64,000 nucleotides of DNA, taken from contig CAVPCT010000005.1 of the NCBI GenBank assembly GCA_963702475.1, forward strand, positions 544,001 to 608,000, given 5' to 3'. Under the pieces are notes generated by a model, which was given only the letters and a program-made list of their open reading frames with translations, was not told the DNA's origin and did no database searches. A program made the translations under genes and the position numbers. Below are positions 36,393-45,786 of the stretch, one piece after another. Each line of letters starts with the position of its first letter. The stretch's first letter is position 1. The DNA comes from an uncultured Thermoleophilia bacterium (GTDB lineage: Bacteria > Actinomycetota > Thermoleophilia > UBA2241).

Positions 36393-38111
36393 TCACACCG
36401 TCTCGCGCCGCGCCTGCCTCCACTTGCGGTACTCGGCGCGCACGAGGCGCACCAGCAGCCACGCGACGCTCACCAGAGCGGCGACGAGCACGATGCGCGC
36501 CCCGAACTGCTCGATGGGCGACAGCCCGACGCTCCCGACCAGGAACGCACCTCCGATGATGAGGGCCGACACGATGAGCGCGTAGGCGAGCAGCGTGAAC
36601 CCCGTCTGCAGCCGCTCCATGAACTCGCGGTACTCAGTCGGCCGTACCGAGATGCGGAACTCGCCCTCGCCGGCGCGGCGCAGCACGCGCGTGGCCTGCA
36701 CCGGCAGGTCGTCGAAGAAGCGCGCGTAGGCGCGCGCCGAGCGCAGCGTGGCCTTGAAGAGGCGGTCGGGTCCGAATTCCTGCGGCACAAGGTGACGGGC
36801 GAACGGCTTGGCGGCGTCCACCATGCGAAAGGACGGGTCGAGCTGCGCCGCCACACCGTCGAGCATCCCGAGCGTGGTCAACAGGACGGTGAGCTCCGTG
36901 GGCAGGTGGAGGTGGTGCTCCCGCACGAGCGTGAGCAGGCGCTGCATGAGGTCCTCGAGACCGCCGCCGGTGTTCTGGCTGCGCCGGTACAGCGCGACCA
37001 GACGTCCGAGCTCGACCTCGAGCCTGGCCACGTCCACCTCGGGCGGCATGCCGGTCATGGTGAGCACGGCCTCGGTGGCGGCGCGCGGGTCGTCGTCGAA
37101 CACCGCGAGCAGCATGTCGAACACGGCGTCGCGGTTGCGGCGCGAGACGGTCGACGTGCGCCCGAAGTCGACGAAGGCGATGCACCCGTCGGCCATGGCG
37201 AACAGATTCCCGGCGTGCGGGTCGGCGTGGTAGAAACCAAGGTCGAAGATCATCCTGAAGTAGACGCCTACGCCGTCCTGGACCACGTGCTCGCGGGACA
37301 CGCCGGGCACATCCTCCTCCTCCAGCTTCGTGCCGGGCACGCCGTCGATGAACGACATGGTGAGCACGCGGCTGGTGGAGTGGTCCCAGAAGACCTCGGG
37401 GAAGACCACGGTCTTGTCGCCGGCGAACGCCTCGCGAAACCGGTCCATGGACCGGCCCTCGTGGGTGTAGTCCAGCTCGGAGCGAAGTACATCGGCGAAC
37501 TCCTGCGTGAGCGCCGAGACGTCGTAGTCCTTGCCCCACTGCGTGTGCGCGGTGACCTTGCGGCCCAGGTCGACGAGGATCTCGAGGTCGATCCCCATGG
37601 TCTCGGTGACGCCGGGGCGCTGCACCTTGACGGCCACCGGAGTGCCGTCCGGCAGCGCCGCCCTGTAGACCTGGCCTATGCTGGCCGCGGCGATGGGCGT
37701 GGTGTCGAACTCGGCGAAGAGCTCGCCGACGGGCGCACCCAGCTCCTCCTCGATGCGCGGGCGCATCTCCTCCCACGGCAGGGTGGGCACATCGTCCTGC
37801 AGCTTGGCGAGCTCGACGGCCAGGTCGGGCGTGACGAGGTCGCGGCGGGTCGCCAGGATCTGGCCCACCTTGATGAAGGCCGGGCCCAGGCGCTCGAGGG
37901 CGCGACGGATGCGCACGGCGCGCGGCAGGTCCTTCTCGGGGACGGACTCCTCCCCCTCGAGCTGCGCGCCCTCGGGCACGTGCTCCTCGAGCCCCGAGCC
38001 GCGCAGCACGTTGAAGACGCGCTCCTCCCAGAGCACCTTGGCGATCTCACGGTAGCGGGCGCGGCGGCGGGCGCCGCGGCTCCCCGCCGGGTGCGCGTGC
38101 GCGCTCGGCAT
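36393..38111 (-). CDS. ABC1/UbiB/AarF family atypical kinase
   Basis: LGPAFIKVGQ, IAAASIGQVY, VAVKVQRPG, ELDY, HADPHAGN, DFG; C-terminal TM helices. Confidence 0.93.
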   Translation of the reverse strand: MPSAHAHPAGSRGARRRARYREIAKVLWEERVFNVLRGSGLEEHVPEGAQLEGEESVPEKDLPRAVRIRRALERLGPAFIKVGQILATRRDLVTPDLAVELAKLQDDVPTLPWEEMRPRIEEELGAPVGELFAEFDTTPIAAASIGQVYRAALPDGTPVAVKVQRPGVTETMGIDLEILVDLGRKVTAHTQWGKDYDVSALTQEFADVLRSELDYTHEGRSMDRFREAFAGDKTVVFPEVFWDHSTSRVLTMSFIDGVPGTKLEEEDVPGVSREHVVQDGVGVYFRMIFDLGFYHADPHAGNLFAMADGCIAFVDFGRTSTVSRRNRDAVFDMLLAVFDDDPRAATEAVLTMTGMPPEVDVARLEVELGRLVALYRRSQNTGGGLEDLMQRLLTLVREHHLHLPTELTVLLTTLGMLDGVAAQLDPSFRMVDAAKPFARHLVPQEFGPDRLFKATLRSARAYARFFDDLPVQATRVLRRAGEGEFRISVRPTEYREFMERLQTGFTLLAYALIVSALIIGGAFLVGSVGLSPIEQFGARIVLVAALVSVAWLLVRLVRAEYRKWRQARRETV

Positions 38112-38202
38112 GCGTCCTCCCTTCAGGCGCGGCCGTGCCGCGCGTGTCGGGACCGTATTCCCCGCCCGCGGCTGCGGTCCCTGCCGGCGACCCTCGCGCG
38201 CC

Positions 38203-38246
38203 GTTCAGAGGACTCTCAGCCAGTTCTCAGCGAAGCGGCGTATCAT
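38203..38246 (+). promoter_or_regulatory. OmpR-family tandem binding site and -10 upstream of the response regulator
   Basis: TCTCAGC-N4-TCTCAGC (38214-38231), weaker third half-site 11 bp upstream, TATCAT at 38241. Confidence 0.7.
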
Positions 38247-38285
38247 GCCCACAGAGCCCGGGACGGAGCACACAGAGGGGGCAGC

Positions 38286-38993
38286 ATGACCGACCAGAGC
38301 GATCCCGCGGGGACCCGCGTCCTCGTCGTGGACGACGAACAGAGCATCACCGACCTCCTGGCGATGGCCCTGCGCTACGAGCACTTCACCGTGCAGGTGG
38401 CGCACGGCGGGCGCGAGGCCCTGGACGCGGTCGAGACCTTCGACCCCGACCTGCTCGTGCTCGACATCATGATGCCGGGCATCGACGGCTTCGAGGTCGC
38501 GAGGCGCCTGCGCAACGCCGAACGGCACGTGCCCATCCTCTTCCTGACCGCCCGCGACACGACCGAGGACAAGGTGCGCGGCCTCACGCTGGGCGGCGAC
38601 GACTACATGACCAAGCCGTTCAGCGTGGAGGAGCTGGTGGCGCGCATCCGTGCCGTCCTGCGGCGCGTGCAGCCCTCCCAGGTCGCCAGGAGCAGGCTCG
38701 TCGTGGCCGACCTGGAGCTGGACGAGGACACCCACGAGGTGATGCGCGCCGGGCAGGAGGTCGAGCTCACGGCGACCGAGTTCAAGCTGCTTCGCTACCT
38801 GATGCTCAACCCGCGCCGGGTGCTCAGCAAGGACCAGATCCTCGATCACGTGTGGAACTACGACTTCGGCGGCAACGCCAACATCGTCGAGACCTACGTG
38901 AGCTACCTGCGGCGCAAGGTCGATTCGCTCGGACCGCCGCTCATCCACACCGTGCGCGGCGTGGGGTACACCGTGCGCCCGCCGCGGGACTGA
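38286..38993 (+). CDS. OmpR/PhoP family response regulator
   Basis: VLVVDDE, LDIMMP, FLTARD, DDYMTKPF, LTATEFKLL, VETYVSYLRRK, IHTVRGVGY. Confidence 0.95.
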   Translation: MTDQSDPAGTRVLVVDDEQSITDLLAMALRYEHFTVQVAHGGREALDAVETFDPDLLVLDIMMPGIDGFEVARRLRNAERHVPILFLTARDTTEDKVRGLTLGGDDYMTKPFSVEELVARIRAVLRRVQPSQVARSRLVVADLELDEDTHEVMRAGQEVELTATEFKLLRYLMLNPRRVLSKDQILDHVWNYDFGGNANIVETYVSYLRRKVDSLGPPLIHTVRGVGYTVRPPRD

Positions 38994-39009
38994 GCCCCCG
39001 AGTCTCGCC

Positions 39010-40467
39010 GTGACGCTCCGTACCCGCCTGCTGCTCGCGCTGCTCGGCCTCATGGCCGCCGGCCTCGTCGTCGCCGGGCTCGTGACGTACTCGTCCCTGC
39101 GCTCGTTCCTGCTCGAGCGCGTGGACGCGCAGCTCCGCGACGCACGCAGCCAGGTCGCGTACGCCCTCACCAACGGCGCCCAGGCCCTGCCCGGCCAGCT
39201 CCCCGCCGCCGGCCAGGCCAGCCTGCCGCCGGGCACCTACGGGGAGCTGCGCACCAGCGACGGGCAGGTCCTCAACCGCGTCACGTTCGCCTACGGCAAC
39301 GAGACGCAGCCGGTGCCCGACCTGCCCAGCCCGCTGCCCGGCGCCTCCGGCGAGAGCGGCGCCATCAGCGAGCTCGTCGCCGGCGCGAGCAGCGGTTCCA
39401 CCCGCTTCCGCGTGCTCGTCCAGTCGTTCCCCGACGTGAACCGGGTGCTCATCGTGGCCGAGCCGCTCACCGAGACGTACCAGACGCTCGGGCGGCTGCT
39501 CGTCCTCGAGCTCATCGTGTTCGGACTGGTACTCGCCGGCCTCGGCGTGGCCGCATGGCTCATCATCAAGCGCGACCTGCACCCGCTCGAGGACATGGCC
39601 GACACCGCAGGTCGCATCGCCGCCGGCGACCTCACGCAGCGCGTGGAGCCGGCCGAGGACCGCACCGAGGTCGGCCGGCTCGGCCTGAGCCTCAACGTCA
39701 TGCTCGACCAGATCGAGACGGCGTTCGCGGAGCGCACCCGCTCCGAGGACAAGCTGCGGCGCTTCCTCGCCGACGCCTCACACGAGCTGCGCACCCCGCT
39801 CACCAGCATCCGCGGCTACTCCGAGCTGTTCGAGCGCGCCAAGGACGAGCCCGAGGACCTCGCGACCGCCATGCGCCGCATCGAGGAAGAGAGCAAACGT
39901 ATGGGCGTGATGGTCGACGAGCTGCTGTTGCTCGCCCGGCTCGGCGAGAGCCGCACGCCCGAACGCGCGCCCGTGGACCTTGCGCGCGTCGTGAGCGACG
40001 CCGTCGCCGACGCGCGCGCCGCCGACCCCGGTCGTCCGCTCACCCTGGACGCCCCGGCCGAGCTCCTGGTGACCGGCGACGACCTGCAACTCCGCCAGGT
40101 CGTCGCCAACCTGCTCGCCAACGCGCGCAAGCACACGCCCGTCGGCACGCCGGTGCGCGTGAGCCTGCGCGCGGAGGACGAGCACGTGGCCGCCGGGCGA
40201 CCGCGCGGCGGCCACGCCGTGCTCACCGTCGACGACGACGGCCCCGGCATGGAGCCCGACGTGGCCGCGAGGGTGTTCGAGCCCTTCTACCGCGCCGACA
40301 AGTCGCGGGCGCGGCAGTCAGGCGGCGCCGGTCTGGGCCTGGCCATCGTCGCCGCTATCGTGGAGGCGCACGACGGCTCGGTGCGGCTGGACACGGCGCC
40401 CGGCGCCGGCGCCGGCTTCACCGTGAGCCTCCCGCTGGCGCCCGCCGCCCCCGCTCGAGCCCGGTGA
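39010..40467 (+). CDS. Sensor histidine kinase with HAMP domain
   Basis: Two TM helices, HAMP, DASHELRTPLT, NLLANARKH, DDGPG, GGAGLGLAI. Confidence 0.95.
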   Translation: MTLRTRLLLALLGLMAAGLVVAGLVTYSSLRSFLLERVDAQLRDARSQVAYALTNGAQALPGQLPAAGQASLPPGTYGELRTSDGQVLNRVTFAYGNETQPVPDLPSPLPGASGESGAISELVAGASSGSTRFRVLVQSFPDVNRVLIVAEPLTETYQTLGRLLVLELIVFGLVLAGLGVAAWLIIKRDLHPLEDMADTAGRIAAGDLTQRVEPAEDRTEVGRLGLSLNVMLDQIETAFAERTRSEDKLRRFLADASHELRTPLTSIRGYSELFERAKDEPEDLATAMRRIEEESKRMGVMVDELLLLARLGESRTPERAPVDLARVVSDAVADARAADPGRPLTLDAPAELLVTGDDLQLRQVVANLLANARKHTPVGTPVRVSLRAEDEHVAAGRPRGGHAVLTVDDDGPGMEPDVAARVFEPFYRADKSRARQSGGAGLGLAIVAAIVEAHDGSVRLDTAPGAGAGFTVSLPLAPAAPARAR

Positions 40468-40473
40468 GCGCCC

Positions 40474-41329
40474 TCACACCTCGACGATCCGCCCGCGCCG
40501 CACGCGAACGCGGGCACGGTCGAGGCTGGGTTCGGCCAGGCCGCGCCGCACGTTGTAGGCGACGAACGGCGTGAAGACCCTCCAGTCGGCCGGCGAGCGC
40601 ACGGCGCCGACCGGACAGCGCAGGGCGCACTCAAGACAGGCGAGGCAGTCGCGGCCCCACGACGGGACGGCCCTGCGCTCCCGCTGCGTGACGTTGCCCA
40701 CCGGACACGCGCGGACGCAGACGCCGCAGCCGTCGCACACCGCGGCGTCCGCCGAGAACCGCGGCGCGTACAGGCGAGTCACCAGCGGCGGCCAGAGACA
40801 GGCCCGCTCGAGCGCGTACATCCAGTGCGTGGGCCCGTCCGGCCGCGGGACGGGCCCGAGACCGCGCGCGGCGCACGCCGCCCAGTCCTCCGCCGCCGCC
40901 AGCTCGCGCTCCTCGGGGTGGCCCGTTGAGAACTGGTAGCCGCGCCGGGCGTACGGCAGTAGCGGCGCCGTGCAGACGGTGGTAGCCGCTCTGGGCGGCG
41001 CCGCGCTCGCGCAGAAGCCGCCGCAGTTGGTCGCCGGCCGCGCCCACGTAGGTGCCGTGCATCACGAACGCGAGCGTCCGCACGCCGTCCAGCCGAGGCA
41101 GGCCACGGACCCACTCGCTCACGTTAGCCGGGAGCCGGATGTAGTGCGTCGGCGCACCGACGACGAGCAGATCCACATCGGGCGGGACGGCGGGGCCGTC
41201 CTGCGCCCGGCGGAGTTCCGCCACGTCGGCCGTGACGCCGCCGCGCCGCAGGCCGCGAGCGACGCGTTCGGCCGTCTGACGCGTGGTGCCCGTGATCGAG
41301 AAGTACACCACCAGCGCGTTCGGCATCAC
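40474..41329 (-). CDS. Flavodoxin-ferredoxin fusion (EFR1-like; apparent frameshift near 40960)
   Basis: VYFSITGTT flavodoxin loop; C-terminal CDGCGVCVRACP and CLACLECALRCP. Confidence 0.82.
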
Positions 41330-41464
41330 GACTCCCCAGGTCCCGTTCCCGCACGGACCGTAGCACCACGATCACTCGTCGAACGCTTGAGCAACGTCAA
41401 GCCTGAGCCTCAGGATCCGGTGGTACCATCCGCTCAGCGATAATCCCAACCAATGGAGTCGGGT

Positions 41465-42957
41465 ATGACCACCACGCCACAAGCGCCGCTCACCCTCACC
41501 CCCAAGACCACCGTGCACACCCTCCTCAAGCAGTACCCCTTCCTGCTCGACTACCTGGCGGGCTACCACCCGGAGTTCAAGAAACTCACGAACCCCGTGC
41601 TGCGCCGCACCATGGGGCGCATGGCGACCATGGACACCGTGGCGGAGCTCGGCAACCTGCCGCTCAACAAGCTCATCGACGACCTCGCCACTGAGGTCGA
41701 GCGGCAGACCGGCACGCGTCCACCCATCGCGGACATCGCCGACGCCGACACCATGGACCCGGCGCGCCTCGAGGCCCTGCACCAGATCGTCAAGGATCTG
41801 CATGCAGGCAAGACGGTGGAGGAGGTGAAGCCGGCGTTCGAGGAGCTCATCGCCGACGTCGAGGCCACCGAGATCGCCGCCATGGAGCAGAAGCTCATCG
41901 AGGGCGGCGTGCCCGACAGCGAGGTCAAGCGCCTCTGCGACGTGCACGTGCAGGTGTTCGCCGATGCGCTCGAGGGCCACGAGCCCATCAGCGCGCCGCC
42001 GGGACACCCCATCGACACCTTCCAGCGCGAGAACCAGGCCGTGATGCAGGTGACGGCCTCGCTGCGCAAGGTGGCCGAGGCCGTGGGCGAGCCCCCGGAC
42101 GGAGCCGTGTGGGCCCGCCTCAAGGACGCGCTCGCCGGCACCGTGGAGCGCCTCGCCGAGGTCGAGAAGCACTACCTGCGCAAGGAGAACCAGCTCTTCC
42201 CGTTCCTCGAGGAGCACGGCGTCGAGGGCCCGAGCAAGGTGATGTGGGCCATCCACGACGACATCCGCGCGCTCATCAAGCAGGCGCGGCAGACCATCGC
42301 CGACGACGACGCGGCCATGGCCGTGAGCACCTGCCTCGCCCTGGCCAAGATGGTGGACGACATGGTGAGCCAAGGAAGAGAAGGTGTTGCACCCCATGTC
42401 GTTCGACACGCTGAGCGACAGCTGAGTGGGCGCAGATCCGCGCCGGCGAGGGCGACATCGGCTACGCCTTCATCGTCGACGTGCCGGCGTGGCCGGCCGC
42501 GGCGCCCGGCGTCGACGGCGCGGATGCCGCCCAGGCCGGGCCGGCTTCGCCCGCCGGCCTCCTCTCCCTGGACCGCGGCGACCTCTCTCTCGAGCAGCTC
42601 AAGCTCATCCTCGGGGCACTGCCCATCGACTTCCAGTACGTGGACGAGCACGACCGCGTGCGCTTCTACAGCGAGGGGCACCGCGTCTTCCCCCGCAGCC
42701 CCGGGGTGATCGGCCGCAAAGTGCAGAACTGCCACCCGCCGGCGAGCGTGCACAAGGTGCAGCAGATCATCGACGCCTTCCGCTCCGGCGAGAAGGACAC
42801 GGCCGAGTTCTGGATCGAGATGCAGGGCAAGTTCCTGCACATCCGCTACTTCGCCCTGCGCGACGAGGGCGGCAACTACCGCGGCGTGCTGGAGACGGTG
42901 CAGGACGTCGCGCACGTCCGCGCTCTGCAGGGCCAGCGCAGGCTGCTGGACTGGTGA
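41465..42957 (+). CDS. DUF438/DUF1858 hemerythrin-PAS domain protein (apparent frameshifts near 42370-42420)
   Basis: FKKLTNPVLRRT, EIAAMEQKLI, RLCDVH, GHPIDTF, HYLRKENQLFP, VMWAIHDDIR; PAS part IGRKVQNCHPP. Confidence 0.85.
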
Positions 42958-43072
42958 GCGCGCCCTCCGACCCGTCGGCGATCCCGGTCCGTCCCGCCGC
43001 GCCTCGCGGAGGCGCATCCGGCGAGGTACGATGGGCTCCGGTCACGGACCCGAAAAGGACAGGCGGTCGCCC

Positions 43073-43465
43073 ATGTACTTCCAGCGAGGCGCACTCACGC
43101 CCGAACAGGTGAAGCTCGTCCTGCGCGAGCTGCCGGTGGACATCAGCTTCGCCGACGAGAACGACGTGCTCGTCTACTGGAGCGGAGACACCTACAAGAC
43201 CTGCGACGCGCGCTACATCGGCCGCGACATCCGGGACTGCCACCCCGAGGAGTCGCTGGCCTGCCTGGAGGAGATCCTGCGCGCGTTCAAGGCCGGTGAG
43301 AAGGACACCGCGGAGGGCTGGCACCAGGAGGGCGACCACTTCACCCACACCCGGTACAGGGCCGTCCGCGACCGGACCGGCGCCTACAAGGGCATCCTCG
43401 AGGTCAATCAGGAGCTCTCGGATCTGCGCGCGCTGGAGGGCGAGCAGTCCCTCCCGGGCTGGTGA
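43073..43465 (+). CDS. Stand-alone PAS domain protein, paralog of the upstream C-terminal domain
   Basis: LPVDISFADEND, IGRDIRDCHP, YRAVRD..GAYKGILEV. Confidence 0.85.
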   Translation: MYFQRGALTPEQVKLVLRELPVDISFADENDVLVYWSGDTYKTCDARYIGRDIRDCHPEESLACLEEILRAFKAGEKDTAEGWHQEGDHFTHTRYRAVRDRTGAYKGILEVNQELSDLRALEGEQSLPGW

Positions 43466-43752
43466 GCCGGGTGCCCGGCCTCCCCACCGCCTTCATCCTC
43501 ATCGCGGCCGTCACCTGGTCGGCGGTCCTCCTCCTGATCGTGACCATGGCCGGCGTGCTGCTGACGACCCACCTGGTGCGCACCCACCTCTTCGGCGACA
43601 AGAGCGGCAAGAACGCGCAGCGGCGGGCGACGGGCCGCACGTGGTCGTCGGTGAAGAACGACGCGGTGACGAGCGCGAAGCGGCGCAAACCGTCGGCCGC
43701 TGCCGGCAAGCGGCAGCCGGCGGCAGGGCGCAAGAAGACGAAGAAGCGGTAG
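43462..43752 (+). CDS. Hypothetical small membrane protein with basic tail
   Basis: GTGA overlap with PAS gene, hydrophobic N-terminus, Lys/Arg-rich C-terminus, GC3-rich. Confidence 0.55.
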   Translation: MSRVPGLPTAFILIAAVTWSAVLLLIVTMAGVLLTTHLVRTHLFGDKSGKNAQRRATGRTWSSVKNDAVTSAKRRKPSAAAGKRQPAAGRKKTKKR

Positions 43753-43800
43753 GCCGGCCGAGGCGCCGGGCGAGCCGGCGGTGGACGGCCGGGGGCGCCC

Positions 43801-45636
43801 TCACCTCCGCACGAAGCGACCGTCGCGGCCGTCGAAGTCGAGGAGTACGAGCTTCACCGCGACGGCCCGACCGTCACGCACGGTGAACACGGCGGCCGTG
43901 TTCGAGGCGGGCTCCCGCCAGGAGTCGCCGTCCCACGGCACGTAGCGCAGCACCTCGCCGCGGCCCAGCTTGACGTCGAGGCCGGCGCCGGGCGCGGCGC
44001 TCACGCGGACCTGCCCGTAGTACTCGTTCGCGTACACGCCGCCGTACACGGCCTTCGCCCGCGGCGGCGCAGCGTCCGGCGGCCGCTCCTCCGGCAGGTG
44101 CCGGTACGGGTCGAGGACGGATCCCTTCATGGCCTCGGCCAGAGCAGCCTGCTCGGTGGCCAGCCAGTCCTGCCGCACCGACCCGGTCATGTACAGGTCG
44201 TACAACGTGTGCCGGAGCGCCGACGCCAGCGCATGGCCCTCGGGAAAGGCGTTGGTCAGCACGACGAGGCCGACAGCGTCGTCCGGGACCATGCTCGCCA
44301 GCGTGCTGACTCCCTCGGAGAAGTCGCCGCCGTGCTCGACGACGCGGCGGCCCTCGTACGTGAGCGTCTTCCAGCCCAGGCCGTAGGCCACGGTGCCCTT
44401 CTCATCCGCCGTGATCACGGTGATCGGCGAGTGAGTCGCGGCGAGCGCTTCGGCCGAGGCCACCTGCACGCTCGCCAGCGCCCCGCCGTTCAGCTGCATG
44501 CGCAGGTACGGTACCAGGTCGGCGATCGTGGAGCTCACGGCACCGGCCGGCGCGAAGAGGTCGTCGTCGTCCGGCGTCTGGGGCTCCATCGTGCCGTCGA
44601 CAAGGATGTGCGAAGACGAGCGGTCGGATGCTTCCAGGTAGGCGCGGTACGAAAGGACCGTGGACTCCATGCCGAGCGGGTCGAGCACGCGCTCCTGCAC
44701 GAGCCCGCGCCACGAGCGACCGGTGGCGTGGGACGCGGTCATGGCCGCGGCCGTGGGCAGCGCGTTCTGGTAGGCGTACACGGCGCGAAAGCCGGCGACC
44801 GGCTCGAGGTAGCGCAGGCGGCGCATGACCTCGGCGCGACCGTACCCGAACCGCTCGAGCTCGTCGCCGGCGTACTCCGGCAGGCCGCTGCGCATGGCCA
44901 TGAGGTCGCGCACGGTGACCCGCTCGCTCACCCACGGGTCCCACAGGGAGAACGCCGGCCAGTACGTGCGCACCGTATCGTCCCAGCCCAGCTCTCGGCG
45001 ACTGACCAGAGAGGCCAGCATCGTCGCGGTGAAGCTCTTGGTGACCGAGGCCAGCTGGAAGACCGTGCGCTCGTCCACACGCTCGGGGCGGCCGGCCTCG
45101 CGCACGCCGAACGTGTCCACGTACACGGCGCCGTCGCCGGCCACCACGGCGAGGGCCGCACCGGGCACACCGCTGCGTGCGAAGATCTCCTGGGCCCGGT
45201 CGTAGAACTCCGGCAGCACGGCCTCGACGGCCGCCGCGGCGGCGGCTTTGCGCTCCGCAGCGGACGGCGTTGCCGTGGACTCCACAGACCCGGTCGGGAG
45301 GGCCGGGTCCGGCGGCGGGGCCGCGGACGGGTCCGCGTCGGCGGACAGCGGCGCGGATGGTGCCGGTGCAGTCACCGCCGGAACGCTGTTCGACGGCGCC
45401 GGGGTCTCCGCCGCACCCCCGGCGAACGCCGAGGCGGCCCGCCCCCCGGAGAAGACGGGGCTGGGCGGCGGCGGGGCGACCGAGACCGCCGACGAGGCGG
45501 CCCGCGGGACCGGCGACCCCGCCACGGGGCTCGCGGCCTGAGCCAGGCCGGGCTGGGAGACCCTGACACCGGCGGCGGCCGCGAGGATGACGGCCGCCAC
45601 TGCCGCCGCGACGAGCACGGCAGGGAACGTCTTCAC
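43801..45636 (-). CDS. Secreted serine hydrolase (beta-lactamase class C/AmpC-like family)
   Basis: Signal peptide, Pro/Ala linker, SVTK (SxxK), YQN (YxN), LDPLGM, HGG; GGAGG SD before GTG 45636. Confidence 0.88.
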   Translation of the reverse strand: MKTFPAVLVAAAVAAVILAAAAGVRVSQPGLAQAASPVAGSPVPRAASSAVSVAPPPPSPVFSGGRAASAFAGGAAETPAPSNSVPAVTAPAPSAPLSADADPSAAPPPDPALPTGSVESTATPSAAERKAAAAAAVEAVLPEFYDRAQEIFARSGVPGAALAVVAGDGAVYVDTFGVREAGRPERVDERTVFQLASVTKSFTATMLASLVSRRELGWDDTVRTYWPAFSLWDPWVSERVTVRDLMAMRSGLPEYAGDELERFGYGRAEVMRRLRYLEPVAGFRAVYAYQNALPTAAAMTASHATGRSWRGLVQERVLDPLGMESTVLSYRAYLEASDRSSSHILVDGTMEPQTPDDDDLFAPAGAVSSTIADLVPYLRMQLNGGALASVQVASAEALAATHSPITVITADEKGTVAYGLGWKTLTYEGRRVVEHGGDFSEGVSTLASMVPDDAVGLVVLTNAFPEGHALASALRHTLYDLYMTGSVRQDWLATEQAALAEAMKGSVLDPYRHLPEERPPDAAPPRAKAVYGGVYANEYYGQVRVSAAPGAGLDVKLGRGEVLRYVPWDGDSWREPASNTAAVFTVRDGRAVAVKLVLLDFDGRDGRFVRR

Positions 45637-45786
45637 CGGCAGTCCTCCATGGTCCAGTGTTCGCCGCGCGGCCGTGCATCCCCCCCGTCTTGCGGCGCAG
45701 CCGATGTACACTGCGGGCGGCGCGCCGGACCCCCCTTTCCCCAGCGGTCCGGGACGCTCCGAAGGACGCCCGACGACGGAGGAAGC

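Noticed and set aside
35406-38993. 1195-aa plus-strand ORF ending in a response regulator
   Set aside because: Only 38286-38993 is real; the rest is an antisense or off-frame shadow of the MBL-like and ABC1 genes, common in high-GC DNA
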